From Hydrolagus affinis (taxonomy: Eukaryota): a stretch of 64,000 nt of DNA. Positions within the stretch are counted from its first letter, which is position 1. Each line of letters begins with the position of its first letter. This document shows positions 47,323 through 61,949 of the stretch, piece by piece. The position numbers and the translations under genes were made by a program. The stretch lies in assembly GCA_012026655.1 (NCBI GenBank), contig JAAILG010000800.1:1-64000 (forward strand), read 5' to 3'. Under the pieces are notes generated by a model. It had not been told where the DNA came from and did not search any database. It saw nothing but the letters and a program-made list of their open reading frames with translations.

Positions 47323-50300
47323 TACACATACAAATGAAATGTGTATGAGGCAATTTCCTCTCCTAAAGCCCAACAGGCACTATGTACTGGAAATGCAGAT
47401 GACTGTGATCACACGCATGTCATTATTTAGTGGTAACATTTGGGCTTGCTTACTTCCAGACATCAATGAAAATAGCATTCTGTCCAGAGCATTAGGAATT
47501 TGTAGTAAAAGTCACACCACAAACTGGTGACCTGCAAAGAATGGCTGTCTCGCACTTGAAAGTTCAAAAGTACACTCTCCCTGTAACAATGATTACAAGA
47601 TATCAAGAAAGGTTCAGATGAAGAATTCTCTTCGGCCCAATTGATCTCATCATTCCAGAACAGCAATTCCACCATTCTCCCATTACAGAATTAAGCTTTT
47701 TAAAAAAATCAGCCCAGCATCCTGGCCTCAACCACTTCCTGAGAAAATAAATATTTATTGGTGTCCATTCTGAAATTGCCCTTTGTGTTCCTAAACTTGC
47801 ATTCGTCAACTTGTCTTTTCTAGCACAAGAGCATTTGCATGAGGATTCCAGTATGTAAGTTGGTTGTAGCAAGGTGGAAATAAGAAACCAAACAGAGAAG
47901 AGCAAATTGCAAATCTCTGGCTCTCCCAGACACCTTATGTGAAACACTATTAACTAAGCAGGGTATGAAATCAGAGATCTGCAATTGAAGTTGAGGCATC
48001 ACCAAGATGTATAAATCACAATTCATTGCCCTCAAATGGGATTCAATCCAAAATATTTTCTTCTGAAGTTTACAGCTTTTTCTGAAAAGCATTGCCCTTG
48101 AACACTAAATAAAATAATAAGTGAAATTGAATATGACAAGCAAAACGTCTATTCAATAAATACTCTCTTGAAACTTCAGAAATTTTATGGATGGAATCTG
48201 TGAAGAATCAGTTGTACTCTCAGGGTGTTGTGCAATACAGCTGCACTTCTTAAGACATAAATACTTCACCTATTACAAGATCCAGGTTTAAGTAAAGCTT
48301 TCGGAGATTTGTAGGTCTGATGCAAAGCATCTGTGCCTAATCCAGATTTCACATTCTTGCTGCCAGTAACTGCCTCTAAAAATGTATAGTCTGAAGAACA
48401 AAGTGTCTATTTTAAGAAAGTTCTGTAATTGTGCTACTGAATGCCTCTCCCTCCTGGAGGCCAATCCTTTTCAATATAGAATTTACAATTTGGAGCATTG
48501 AAGTTTTAAAAGTCCCAAAGAATTAGCCACAGAAAGCACATTTTTATTTTATGTGATAATTCAAAATCTTTGGTACCTTTAAATTGCGTTCAATCAAAAA
48601 AACTACTAAATATCTTTAATTCATAGAAAAGCATGATTTGAAAAGGCATAAGCACTTTTAAGGGATGGAGATCTTCAAACCAGTACTTTTTTATACAAAG
48701 TTAGTCTTGAAGAAACAGACTGATGAAATTACTCACAATTTCAGAAATGCCAAGCAAATATTTATCTAATGAAATCTGAAATAAAAATTGGGTTTGAAAC
48801 AGTTCTTTCTAATTTAAAACTTTTCTGGGTTAACAATTAAACTCAAGAGCTCCAGTTTTAAGCGGCTGTATTCAGAAATAGTTCTGAATGCAATCGCTCA
48901 TTCATAACATTTCCACGTCATTGAACAGTTAAGTACATTACATTGCACCAAATATAAAACTGCAACAATTCACAACCAAAAGGAGAACTTTACTCTTTCA
49001 GTGCTACAATACTTGATATGGTACATATGCACTATTAAAAAACAGACTTTTATAAACATTCTGACTCAATGTATAACAAGTCAAATATCAGGGATGGTTG
49101 TATTGGACCACAGCAAAACACAGAGAATAAAGCAGTTATACCAATTAACTCTAAAATACTGTGAATGAGCACTGGAAGCTTGTTATTTTCAGAATAATTA
49201 ATCCAACGAACAAGAGGTAATGATGTGCGTCATTGTGCGTCATTATCAATACAAAGCAATTAACATATTTTATGGTAAACTTACACAGCATAAACACATC
49301 TGCTTATTAGGCGAAACATTCAGCATACAATGCACAGCTGAAGACAGTCATGTTGCTTTATGTATGTGTTTGTCTGAGTATTTAGCATTTCAGATTGTTA
49401 ATGACCTGAATTATGAAATAGACACATTAATTGTGATGCCATCCTATTTACAAATCAACTGAATAACTGAGAACAAAAAAGCATTACAAATATGTTAAAA
49501 AAAAGTGATTTTCTATTTTGTCTGTGCTGCCATAAATATTTTTTAAAAAAATTTAATTATTTGTGTCCTAGTTGTTCTTCAAAACATTGTTTCATACTTT
49601 GATCTTTAATCTGCTTGATCCTGCAGGACTGATAATGCAGACTTGGACTCACTACTATACGAAGATGAATTGAGAAGCATCGATGGGCACATCAACACTG
49701 CAAAGGGTAGACCTACTTTTGAAACGAACAATAGCTTAAAGAGGGATTCACTTTTGTAGAGGGACAAAGATGTTCTCCTTTTTTTTAAAAAAAGGTACGG
49801 TGTAAAAACTATTGATTTTCTGTTTCTGGAGAGTTTATTTCTTCCATTAGTGGTGTATTTTAGACATTAAAAGGTTACTTTTCTCATGATAGACGCTTTA
49901 TCTTATTGATATCTACTTGAGTTAAAGCCTCCTGAGTCCAAATGATCAAATCAGAAATTTTACCATGGTCTTCATTTATGAAAATCAAACAATTTGTTAT
50001 TTTCTGAATTTATAGAAAATCATTTCCTTACTTATCCCTTAAAGACCTAAAAACAAATTGGGCAAAATGTCAGGTGGAGTCTAACTATCGCGGATCAGTA
50101 AGAACTGTAATCTTTTCATGATGTTTTTGTGGTGGATATCTATTTATATGATTGCTATTTGTAAAGATAAAGCAACACTTTCACTTTCAGCAACCATTTG
50201 ATATCTGTTAATTTCTCTGGTAGATGTTTAGTGGAATTTCACTGATTAGGAACAAAATGCTCTTATCTGAATGATAAATCTTAATCGGGGTATCAATATG

Positions 50301-52709
50301 CCAGATTAAATATTGTGTCATATCTAAAATTGAGGAGCCTGAAAAAATGAATGCACCAGCATATCTGAAAAGAAAATATTTGTCAGTATATTTGAAGAAT
50401 GTACCAGCACAAAACATGTTGATGATAAAAATGTAATCAAATGAAGAAAGATACCAACTTTAATCTGATTGTTATCTATTCTACTTTAGTCCTGAATTAT
50501 TTCAAGAAACAAAAACATTGGTGTCTTTGGGGTCCAATTTCAAAGCTTCTTCAAATTCTTACAATTGTCATGCAATTCTGAGGAAAGACTGTAATTTTCT
50601 TCACTCTTGGGTTTATTATAATTTGGAAATCCTGGTGTACAGAGATGTGTTTCACAAGCGAGACTCCGGTAAAGGTGACCCTTCAGCCTATTTGATCTCA
50701 TCCTGCCAGAATATCCACTCTACTATCTTGCTACAACAACTTCAAGCTGTTTCTCAAATGAGTCCATCATCTCCATTCCAGTTGTCACAGAGGTCCTATA
50801 GAGTAATACCAAATCTTACCACAATAACAAGTGTGGTGATACAAGACTTAACACAATGGTAAAGACAAATATCAAAATCCTCTTTTAATAATAATTTTAA
50901 AAATCTCTTCTGAAATATTTTACTTTTTCTCTGCATTGCCACAAGGGAAGCATTCCCACACAACTCAATAATTATCCCCACACAACTCAACAATACAGCA
51001 CAAAATGAATGATCAGCCCCAGTTACTCCCCTTCCCCTGGAAATGCCTCTCAACTATCCTACTTCATTGACATTAGAAACATTCCTATCAGTCATCATAT
51101 CCTACCACTATAATCCAATTAAAGTCTATAAATAAAACAATATTTTTGTTTTCTTTTATGCAAAAAAATACCTTTCACTTAGCAACCAAGGTTTGGGAAT
51201 CCAAACTTTTTTTTTAATAATACCATCAATGAAGTGTATCAAATGAGATGGAACTGAATGGTTTCCAGGGGCTAAGAGGTGAAAGGAATTCACTGAAGAA
51301 TCACTCAGCTTTGATCACTGAGAGAAATACCCAACCATAGGCTGCAGAGAAGCAAATCAACCATTTTGTTAAGGGGGCCTGAAATTCTCAAGTACCTACA
51401 GAAAACTTAAAAATTTGGAACAAAAAATTCCGCGCTATTAACACAATGCTTTCTGGTGCCTTTCTAGTCATACTGTTTTGTGACTTTTTGACAATTAAAC
51501 TTTGAAAATCATTTTCCTCTAATTGAATAAATACTGTAATATCTGCCTCTAATTCACATTGTTTTAACTGCAATATGTTTCTCACGTTCTGTGATATCTG
51601 CTACTGTGGAATAAAACCCTTTGAACACACAGCAATCTTTACTTCTTTCCCATAAGGATCTTTTCTCCCCGACACAATCACATTCTCTGCATTGTTTCAT
51701 TCTCCTAGTTAGGATAAGGCATTATAACAAGAGAAGAGGTACTGCTGCAATAGTACATTTTGATATACAAATTCTAATCTAATGAAGCCTGTAAACACCA
51801 GGCAAGAACGCCAATGCTAATTATTTTTTCAGATTCACATGTTCAAAAAGGATGACAACCTATGAAATAAAGAATAGAATTCTGTGCCATTTGTATTCTG
51901 GGTGCAATTTGATCCCAATACTTAGCAAACTAAGTATTTCAAACATTTCCACTATTCTTCCTTTTCCTCCCCAGTTTTCTTCCCCTCAACTAACTTTTGA
52001 GTGTCAGCATTGAGGCCTGAGCGTTCAACTAAAATGGCTGAAATGTTATCCACACGTGTTGTTCTATGACAAGCCAGAGAAGGATAAATGCACTAGACAT
52101 TCCCAGTCTTGCAAACAAATAAAGCACTTACTCTGAACCAACCAGAACTCCTATGGATCTGAAAATGTCTTTCTCTAAAGGCATGGAGTGGCCTCTTGGA
52201 ATGTTGAAGCTGTTCCCAGAAATCTTTATGGCTCCCCAAAAGTTTTGAAAGCTCGATTGAAAGTACAATATTTTAAAACATTTTATTTATAGAAAATCCC
52301 AGAATTTATTTTATGGTTTCACAGTAAAATTGTGAAATGACACTTTATTATTTCTATACCTGGTTCTGCTTTCCTCCAAACTTTCAGTGCACGTTAAGTA
52401 AACTATAAAATGGAAACAAATATCTGATCACAGCATCAAATTATATGTTAGCTGCAAATGAATAGTATTTGTTATGCTATAAATAAAATCAGTTTGTTAT
52501 CTACAGAGATTACCTTTATAAATGTTATGGCGAGTGTTAGAATTTGGAGAATCATTTTGCAGCAATAAAATTCAGTAACATGCATCTGGTTAGATTCTAG
52601 ATTCCAACAAATACCAATCTTCCAACTTTGTTACGAAAACAGCTATTCAGATCTTGTTATGAAATCATATGGGTAATTAATGTATGTTGGTCTTAGATAC
52701 CACAATCAA

Positions 52710-53007
52710 ATATAATAATAATCCTTGAATTTGATATAATGCTTTCCAAGTCTGCTGGACCTCTCAAAGCGCTTCCCAGAATATACCGTAAAGTGAATTG
52801 ACTGTACATTTGTGGATGCAATGTGACAGTCAATTGGGCACAACAGTATCCACAAACAGTCATGGATTCATATAAAAGATTTATTAGAGTTTCGAGTGAT
52901 TATTGTTAGGTGTAAGGTATCTTGCCCAAGGTTTCGCCCTGCCGGGTATTGAACCCAGATCTCCTGCTTGTAAGGCAAATGCTTTAACCGCTGAGCTACG
53001 GGACTCC
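52710..53007 (-). mobile_element. Full-length tRNA-derived Deu-type SINE with probable TSD
   Basis: Minus head GGAGTCCCGTAGCTCAGCGG...GGTTCAATACC; CAAATATAATAA (52707) and CAAATATGATAA (53007) at the ends. Confidence 0.9.
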
Positions 53008-53129
53008 AAATATGATAAGAAAATTAGGTTGAAAATACAGCAAAACGCAAGCTAGAAGTTTCTGCACTAATTATGACAACTAGTTCATATTAACATTACA
53101 TGATTTGCACCATATTCGCAAAATGCAGT

Positions 53130-53402
53130 AAATGCCCACCATTGGCAAGAGAGCCTTCACCACTCTGCCCCCAACCTCTGGAATTCCATCCCGCAATCTC
53201 TCCTCACCTCCCTCTCTAGCCACCCTCAAGTCCCACCTCTTTGACGGTCCCGTCAATCACCTTTCCCTCCAACCTCCCTTTCCCTCCAACCTCCCTGATC
53301 CCGAACCCCAGCTCGGGTCTGAAAGAACTAACTGTCCAGTGTCTTGAGACATCCTCCTGATGTGAAAGGCACTATATAAATGAAAGTTTGTTGTTGTTGT
53401 TA
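53130..53402 (+). mobile_element. L2 3' fragment
   Basis: PTIGKRAF...NLWNSIP...LKSHLFD; tail GAGACATCCTCCTGATGTGAAAGGCAC...(GTT)n; same subfamily as 41925. Confidence 0.85.
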
Positions 53403-53534
53403 AAGAAATCCTGTGAAGTAGATTTGAGACTTTGTGATGATATTAAGACACTATATCAAACGCAAATACTCATTTGTAAGTCTTCAAAGTCTGCAACATA
53501 CATCTTTAAACATTACATTAATCCTTGAACTTAC

Positions 53535-53666
53535 AGCACACTCTTGGGATGCTTCCTGCAGATTTTTAAGTTGTTCATCAATGTTGGTCAGTTTCAGGTT
53601 TTGTTCCCGTTCTTCCCGCAGTTGTTGAATGATTCCATCACCCTCCAGAGATCGAGTCGTAGACTC
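53535..53666 (-). CDS. FSIP1: Fibrous sheath-interacting protein 1, third-last coding exon (human exon 10 equivalent)
   Basis: Minus-strand tttcag acceptor and gtaagt donor; 132 nt, phase 0-0; ESTTRSLEGDGIIQQLREEREQNLKLTNIDEQLKNLQEASQECA resembles the FSIP1 coiled coil as I recall it (GEKILR...RLREIDEKLK); absent from the ORF track. Confidence 0.8.
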
Positions 53667-53744
53667 CTGAAATCAACGGGTGCACTGCTATTAATATATT
53701 TATTAATGTATCACAGGGTAATTTAAAGAAAAATATCAGTACTC

Positions 53745-53865
53745 TAATAATAATAATCTTTGTATTCAATATACTGTAGCGCTTTTCACGTCTTCTACGC
53801 ATCTCAAAGCACTTCATAGAATATATTGTAAAGTGAATTGACTATATTTTGGGGTGAAATTGCAC
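53745..53865 (-). mobile_element. SINE 3' fragment
   Basis: (AAT)n...AGCGCTTTTCACGTCTTC...GTAAAGTGAATTGACT. Confidence 0.8.
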
Positions 53866-55990
53866 CCATGTGAAATTGTGTGAAAAGTGAAATTGCACAC
53901 ACTTTTTTCCTCCAAATCTTTACATTGCAAACTCTTTACTGTTGAAATGTTATATACACCTATAACAGTCACTAGTAAGAATGAAGAACATCAACTCGTT
54001 ATTCCCAGTGGTAGCATTGAACCCATCTGGCTCACTGCATGGCACTTGCCACAACACAATAAGGTGTAAGGGAAATGAATTATTTAGTCATTGTGTTGGA
54101 TTCTTGTACTTCACTTGAATTGACACATCAAGATGCTGCAGTGAGATCTGTGTCTTCAATAGGTCTGACAGTGGTAGAGTACGTGTGCTGGAATACTACA
54201 TTGCACTTGTGCTATGAATTTGATGGTAAACACACATAAATTTTGGCATGAATTTGACACCCACCAACCCAGTGTTGTGATTTTCCAGTGTCAGGTTGCT
54301 CCAGATTTTTTGCCAAACCCATCCAAAGTTCTACCCCACCTTGAAGAGAATGAATGAAACTAGCAGTTTCTTTCCACAACTAGTGTTACACAAGCAGGTG
54401 AGGCAGGAAGGAAACCCAAAATAGCTGATCTCTGTAAAACTGGAAAAGTAGCATTATTTTGATAAAGTTCATCCAATTAGATTTCTTTTTTGGGTAGAGA
54501 CAACATTAATTTGTACAAACAAAGTTCAGTTTTGTACAATTTAATCTCCCATTTATGTGAGTTTTAACCTGAGAAAACAGTTAGATACAAGGCAATTTAG
54601 AAACAATGCAGTAACTACTAAGCATTTAAGAAAATGTGTTTGTACTAGTCTTCCAGTAACATTTTTGTAACCCACATCTTCAACCTGGGATGATTCCATT
54701 TTGATAAAGATTTCATGTTTACTTTGGATTCCAGAGAACAGAACAAAAAGAATGACCCCAGGTTAAAATCTGGCATGTAAACACACACCTGGAGAGCTGT
54801 CTGTGCATATCCTATGCGTGTGAAGGCTCAAAAACATTATTCTTGGGTTAAAAGAAAGTAATTTGGGGGAAAACATAACATTTTTCACCTATGAAAACTG
54901 AATAAGTCATGTTACTTTTATAAGATAAATCAACTGATGAATTAAAATCAAAGATAAATCTAAATGAATTAGAAAGATTATGATGACAAGTGGAGCCATC
55001 AATTCTTATTATTCTTAAATGTTCTGCTGATGTTAGCGGCTTTGTGGATGGAAGCTTCTGTTCCCCAAATGCAGACTTGTATTGTTATACACTGAGCTTT
55101 AAGAGGTTTAAAGAAAAATTCCAAAACATTGATCATTATAATTACAGTATATAGAGGCCCATAGAGGCACTACAGTACATCTGATACTATGGACATTACT
55201 ATTATAAAGAAATACTGTATAAGTAACTGAAACATAGAGCTGACTGGATGCTAGACACGCTAGGAAAAACATTTTTTTTTATATAAACAGTGGTCAGTTT
55301 ATATAAATATCTAATAACTTCATAGTTATTTGCTAGCATTTCTTTCATTAATAAACATCATCTAATCAGGCATTAAAGAATAACTAAAATTCAAAGCAGG
55401 GCTCTCCGAGTAGGTGCGGAAAGATCCAAGATTGAGGTATAGACACATTCTCAATCTTAGAAGCCAAATATAGATAGGTGTTGTGATGTACAATTATTAC
55501 TAATTAGCAGAATCTAAAGGAAACTAATACCTGAAACAGATCTATGCCACAAATCCTATAATCAGGGCTCAAGTTATTTAAGCAATTTCATCTAAAATTC
55601 ATTTCAACTTGTTGCATTTATTATCCTACATAGTTTATATTATGGCAATGATTAGGCAGGAGGAGAATCCAAATGAAAGAGTCAGCTGCTGTTAACAGCA
55701 CTATTTTACGTCAATGTCAATGTAAATTGCATATGGTTGTTTCAGATCAGTAAATTGGAGATTGAGCCATTCAATTTGAGCATGTTACAGATAGGAAAGT
55801 TACAGATAAGTTACAAACGAGTAAAATTATTAGTGATGACCAGTTACTGAACTTAAAATTGATTCTGTCTCATCGATAAAAATAAATAAGAAAACAAGGT
55901 TGTTTGTTCCGGGCTCATATCGAGCAGCAATAAATGATACCAACCTACTCAACAGCGAGCTAATCCTTTCCAAGTGAAATTACCATTATT

Positions 55991-56050
55991 TACAACAACA
56001 ACTTGCATTTATATAGGGCCCTTCACTTCAGACGGTGTCTCAGAGCACTT
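55991..56050 (-). mobile_element. L2 tail remnant
   Basis: (AAC)n TTGCATTTATATAGGGCCCTTCAC...GTCTCAGAGCACTT. Confidence 0.65.
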
Positions 56051-56423
56051 TATCCTCTCTTTTTAATCAAAGCAAAAATTCATATGGTTATTGCATCATT
56101 CAAATTCAGCTGAATTCAAAGCCACAATTTCTGAGATGAAAGGTCAATCCACAATTGTGAGTACTCTTCGTCTTCACTCTGAGAGTCTCCAGCTTGCATC
56201 CGTCTGTCTCATTTTCAAATTGAGGTGTGTTAAATACCTCCAAAATACCTTTCTTTGATCACATGGAGAAATGCAGAAGCCTGTGTTTTGTCTGCTTTCT
56301 CAGCTATTTTCGCTGCTACAGCATGCAACCTCAAACCTCTCAATGAACTTTCTTCAGATCCTTCATCAGTTACTTTCAGAAGATAAATGATGAGGGAACC
56401 TGAGAAAGTTCAATCAGTACATT

Positions 56424-56654
56424 TGGGTAAGTTTCCTTACCCTACATGCCTGATAATAATCCCTCAAGAAAAAAACAATAATAAATTGGTCATTTTAATC
56501 CACGACTGTTTGTGGGACACTGCTGTGCGCAACTGGATGCCACGTTTTGCCCACAAATAAACAGTCAATTCACTTTACAGTATATTCTTGAAGTGCTTTG
56601 AGAGGTTGAGAAAACGTGAAAAGTGCTATATCAAATGCAAGGATTATTATTATT
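56424..56654 (+). mobile_element. 5'-truncated Deu-type SINE
   Basis: TGGGTAAGTTTCCTTAC...GCTGTGCGCAACTGG...ATCAAATGCAAGG(ATT)n. Confidence 0.88.
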
Positions 56655-57589
56655 ACAGTATTTGGCAATTAACTTCAGGCAATAATTTCTATAGTATTTT
56701 CATAAATTCCCTATTCCTAGCATGTTTGACTGCAAATTATAATTTTAATTCAGTGTTTACAGCAAATACATTACTTGTAAAATATATATCCAGTAAATAT
56801 TCACTCAACACTTTACAGTAATTCTATATAATGTGAGGCAGCCGAATCAAGCCAATAGTACCTCTTAACCTTAACTGTTTCTAGAAATATTCAATAGTTC
56901 TTGCCCCTATTCAAGGATAAAATGCTGGGTTTAATTTATATCTTCTTGGTCAATATATAGACTCAATATCAGCAATATCTTTTGACAACACGGTTAATTA
57001 GATACCTGTATTGCACCCAAACAAGGATGGGGGGGTGACAGTTTTGCAGAGTATGGTCCAAGGGAGGCGATAGAGTACATTGTTTTGGATGGTCTGCAGC
57101 TTGTGAAAGGGGACAATGCAGAAAATGGCAAACAACATCAAAAGCTTTGGCTATTATGGAGGACAAAACCTACAGGTCTGAAAATCATTTAAATGATCAG
57201 AATTCTTATTTTAACTGGAGGCATTTTATGTTTTATGTTTCAGATTAATGAAACTGTTAATCATAGTGTTCATGTTAACTGTTGTTCTGTAGTTTCTTAG
57301 TAGCTTTGATCAATCTCCAGTGAAGTAATACTGTTAGCAAACCAGCATTTTATCCCTAATAATATTTTAATCTTGAATCCCAATGTTTTTACTTAAAATT
57401 AAATTACTTGAAATAAAACAATATTGGGAGGGAGGAGAAATCCCACTATTTTCATAGCATCTCAGAGCATGTAGATTTGGCAACTTATTGAATTCAGCCT
57501 TAATTTTGAGGTTGGTTTTCTGTAGTTCTCAGAAGAACTTACATTAAACTGGCTTCAAAAGTAAAACTGTGTAGAAGAATTTTCCGAAT

Positions 57590-57690
57590 TCTGGATACAC
57601 TTAGATGGGATTGAATGGGTTGTTCATTCAAAGAATAAGCACAGATACAATGGGCCGAATGGCCTGTTTCTGGGCAGTCTAAATTTTCCA
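57590..57690 (+). mobile_element. CR1 3'UTR remnant
   Basis: ATGGGCCGAATGGCCT terminal hairpin typical of fish CR1/SINE tails. Confidence 0.55.
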
Positions 57691-58560
57691 TGAAAGAGTG
57701 CAGACAGTTCTAGGGCGATTCCTTTCACTCGTTTTGTATAATGACATCAAACATGCCCAGGTCAGATACTGCATGAATCAGGTGGTAATTGACTTCCTTC
57801 TGCTGTACTCAGATAATGTGCTTAAATCCCAATTGCTTCAGTGGGATTCTTTCATTTTCCATTCTACATAATCTGGGTATGGTTTCTCAGCCGCTATAAA
57901 TGTTTGGAACTCATTTGTAAATCATTTACTATACTAAGGAATAACTGGTTTAGCAGAGTGCAAAGAAAAATGGAAAGTGCTAAATTTTTGCCAAGAATTT
58001 CATGTGGTGATTACACCAATGAAAAATAATTGGCCTTTTTGTTCCAAATCTGATAAACCCTAGTGTATATGAAATAAAAATGGTTTTGCACGATAATAAT
58101 ATTAGCTTTAGTTAACACTTAGAAGCTTAATATAACAATTGAAAAGAATTAGTATAAATTAAAACTGACACTTTTTTATCTCAATGTTTAAGCACTACCA
58201 TACCAAAATAGCAGTTTAGAATAACAAATGATTATGTATATTTACTATATCTATAATAAAGAGCTTTTGCTGTACTACATCTCACCCGAAAGAGCTTTCT
58301 GCTAAATCTTAGTGCCGAAAGTGGAATAAGCGTTTAATACCCAATAATAATTTCAATTACCTTCATTACCAATTATATTCCAAGGTCTTGAGCTGAACTG
58401 AATTTCCAAGACACTGATATCTCATGAACAACATTCAAAGTCTCCAAAACAATCAACTAACATTGACCAAATGTTGCTGCTCTTTGAATAAGCAGTACCA
58501 TGGGTTACCAAATTATGATGTTAGCTGAGTGTTGATAAGCAATTCCTATCTATCTACTAT

Positions 58561-58630
58561 CAACAACAACAAATACAACAAAATTACATTTATAGAGCGC
58601 CTTTCACATCAGGAGGACATCCCAAGGCTC
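58561..58630 (-). mobile_element. L2 tail remnant
   Basis: (AAC)n...ATTTATAGAGCGCCTTTCACATCAGGAGGACATCCCAAGGC. Confidence 0.75.
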
Positions 58631-61600
58631 TATCACCAACTTACCTCATTTTTAAAGGGTGAGTTAAATCATCAAACTGCATAAATTACATAAAGCTAAC
58701 GGATATAGCTCTGTGTTTTCACTGAACTATGCATATAGTAAATGGTTAACAATTTCTATCAACTCAATGGAAGAATCCTCAATTAAAATGCCTGATTTTG
58801 GGCTATGTGCCAGACCTTGAGTACCAGAACACTTTTCAAGTGTCAAGCAGTTTCAAACTAAACAATTATATTCCGTACAAACCTGTACCAGATAATATTT
58901 TGCATTTTCTTATGTATTAAATAATTGCTGAATATATCAAAAACATGAAGGATCTACCTTTTTTAATTAATTTTATAATGCAAAAAGGGGGTTTCTAGAA
59001 TGGTGGCATTATTTTCTCTATTGAGTATAGCAAGTGTAATTCAATCCAGAAAAAAATACTACCAGCTGGGAATGTTTGATACATTCATCTGATAGTATTG
59101 GATTTATTCATCACGCTCAGTGGCCTTAATTAAATCAGCTTCCAGGAAACCAAAGCATGAAAATGTCCCTGGATTGCACCATTTGACAAAATGTCCCAGG
59201 ATACAATCAATTTACCCACATAACCTACATCACCAGAGTAGTGTAAAGAAAAGTGGGGAACTAAAAGGATGGTTGCCGTAAATCTTAAAATGTCTGCCAA
59301 AAAAGTTATTTACTCAAAGGTACTATAGATAGAGGTATTCAGAATGTATTGCTACCTACAGTTACTTTTAATAAATATATTAAATGTGTATTAAAACATT
59401 GATAGGGTGGCATTGCAAAATATGCTATGCATCAGTGCAAATGCCAACTATATATTTTGTCAGTAATACACACACACATTGAACTAAAGAATTCTGGTCA
59501 GTGTCAAACTAGTTACTTTTTGCACAATACTAGGTTTTGTTGGATTAGTTTCTCTGAGACGGAATGTATAACTGCAATGTACCACCTGACATAATATTTC
59601 CATAACGGCATCGTGAATGCAGTATGCCAACAGCTCAAACAAAAAGCTTACAGTCAGCAGTTATAGAATGCCAAATGAGGACTAAAAACCAGTGGATGTG
59701 AGTGCCGCTTCTAGTGAATAAGCTTCTTTGATGAAAGTCAAAAATCAACTGATATGCAGATGTGCCAGACTAATTTTCTTGCAGGTAGGAAATCCCCCAT
59801 CATTAGGAGGTGCAATTTACATTTTACAGTAATAGAAACAAAACCAAGATATTCATGGATTAACACACACCAGGAAAATTCTGGACAAAGATAATAGGAG
59901 TATCAAATCTAATTATTTAATGATAATCAGTTAAAGTTGATTGTTGGAAAATGTCTCATTTTTACTCTAATTCAACAACAATTCTTATTTGACAAATAGT
60001 TTTCATTACTAGCTTCCACATAAGTTGTAGAAATATTCTTTTCATTACTTCACTTAATTTTTGTTCCCATGTAATCTGTCAATGTATATTACACATGGCA
60101 AGTTAAGCACTTTATCATTACAAACCCATTTCCCAACAGAAGTTGCACTAGTGTAAGTAAGGATTTCAAACCTCAGTAATATGAACTGTTGATGACAACT
60201 ACCTTGTCTGTCTTTATAAGCTTGCAGCAAATTAAATTCCCTTAATGGCAAAGCACCAGATTACAGAAATCAAAACTAGGTACATCATAAGTTCATACTA
60301 AACACACAATCAACAGGGTTATGCTTGAAATTTGGAACATTCTCCTTATCTGGCTACTCACAGCTATTAAAAGTAGAATTTTAAACCAGTTTTTAAAAAA
60401 TTGTCCTTTATCTTTGCAACAAAAATATGTTCTCACATAGAGTAATGCATTAATTATTGCTGTCCAGAATTGGTATTTACATTTTGAGAGTTTGCCTTCC
60501 CAAAAATGTAGCAAACAAAATCTAAACATCACTTTAAAAAAAAGCCTTCTTAGAAAAAAAACACTACTTGTGCAATGCCTTTCTTGCATATTTCCACAAA
60601 TCGAGGATTCCTGCTAGAATTCAAATTTATATGATGCGAACTGCACTAGGGTATCTTTTATCATTCCTACAGTCACCAGGGACATAGGAAATGTTGCACA
60701 GCTTGCAGAACAATCCAAAATAAAGTGGATATATATCTAAAAAAAACATTCTTTGTGACCTGAAACTGTTCCTAGGCGTAGGGAGAAGTACACTCCGTAC
60801 CATTTTCCACTGTATGATGAAACTACTGCAGGAAAAATTCAAGGGTAATGCTTAGCTTGCCCACAGGAGGTATGAAAACACTCAAATAACAGGTTCTATC
60901 CTTGACTGTAATCTATCACAAGATACTTTCAGACACAAAGCATCTATTTGCAGAAATATATTTATACGTTTTGCACATGAACTAACCACAGATTTTTTTT
61001 ATTTTTTTTTACACACTGCTTTGAATTTGTGTTGCATTGAGCTCTCATAATTTATAAAGAGCACAACTCATGAGTGATTAACTCATAAGTGAGTTATGCA
61101 GCTCTCCATCATGACGAGAACAAAGATCATATTCAGCAACTTCAAATTCAATTTCCTATCTACATAAACGTTTATGTGCAATATTTACATGATATAGTTA
61201 AACAATACCATGAAGGTTTGTTGATTTCTTTCTTGGACTGCACATAAGATGTTGGTAATCAGCATTATGTTTTTCATAGCATCAGTTCTAGTTCTGTTGA
61301 AGATCCAGTGTAGGAAGGAATTTGGGAATAATATTTATTAGGATCAGATTCTGTTGCATTGCAGTAATTAGTCTGTACAATCAATTGTTTTGTGAGATAA
61401 AACTTCTTCAGCACTATAGAACATCTTTACTGATACAAATTGCACAGCAACTTTTGTTGATAAAGTTGCTTTCTTTTGTGAAGTACTGTGCCACGAAAAT
61501 GATGCTTCTAAATTATTCAGATTATGCATACAATTCCCACCAAGTAATTGATAAATTTGAAGATCTCTGATTTTCAAATGCAAGCATACCGGTAATTGTT

Positions 61601-61949
61601 TTTTTGTACAGCAAGATAACTCAATTTCTTGGCATTCTAGGCACACCAAAACACCGTAGAGTATACTTGTACAGTATTCTACTGGCCATGCAACCATTCA
61701 TTCAGCCACTCACATCACTCAGCATTTCCCAAAATACTAAATGGATATTAATTTAAAGGACAAGTGCAAAGAAGCCTCACAAACATTGGATTTGTTTTCT
61801 TTCACTGACAGATAATGTAAAATTCCACCTTACCATAACCCTGTGTTTGTTACTCGTTGTTTAATAGTCCCATGGTAATTCTGCTTGATACAGCTATACT
61901 CAACAGCAATTTTAACCTTTACCTATTTCAACACCAACTTGCAACAACC

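Noticed and set aside
48719-48750. CTGATGA...GAAA as another hammerhead (similar at 56350-56375 on -)
   Set aside because: Helix II is not closed directly against GAAA, and no helix III/NUH follows
56240-56399. Minus-strand open frame (TDEGSEESSLRG...) as the next FSIP1 exon
   Set aside because: The donors I checked give phase 1 or 2, not the phase 0 required, and there is no FSIP1 similarity; I could not locate the next exon in the window
58645-58676. 32-nt minus-strand micro-exon candidate (tgcag...gtaagt)
   Set aside because: Stop codon in the only frame compatible with the downstream phase-0 exon; probably cryptic
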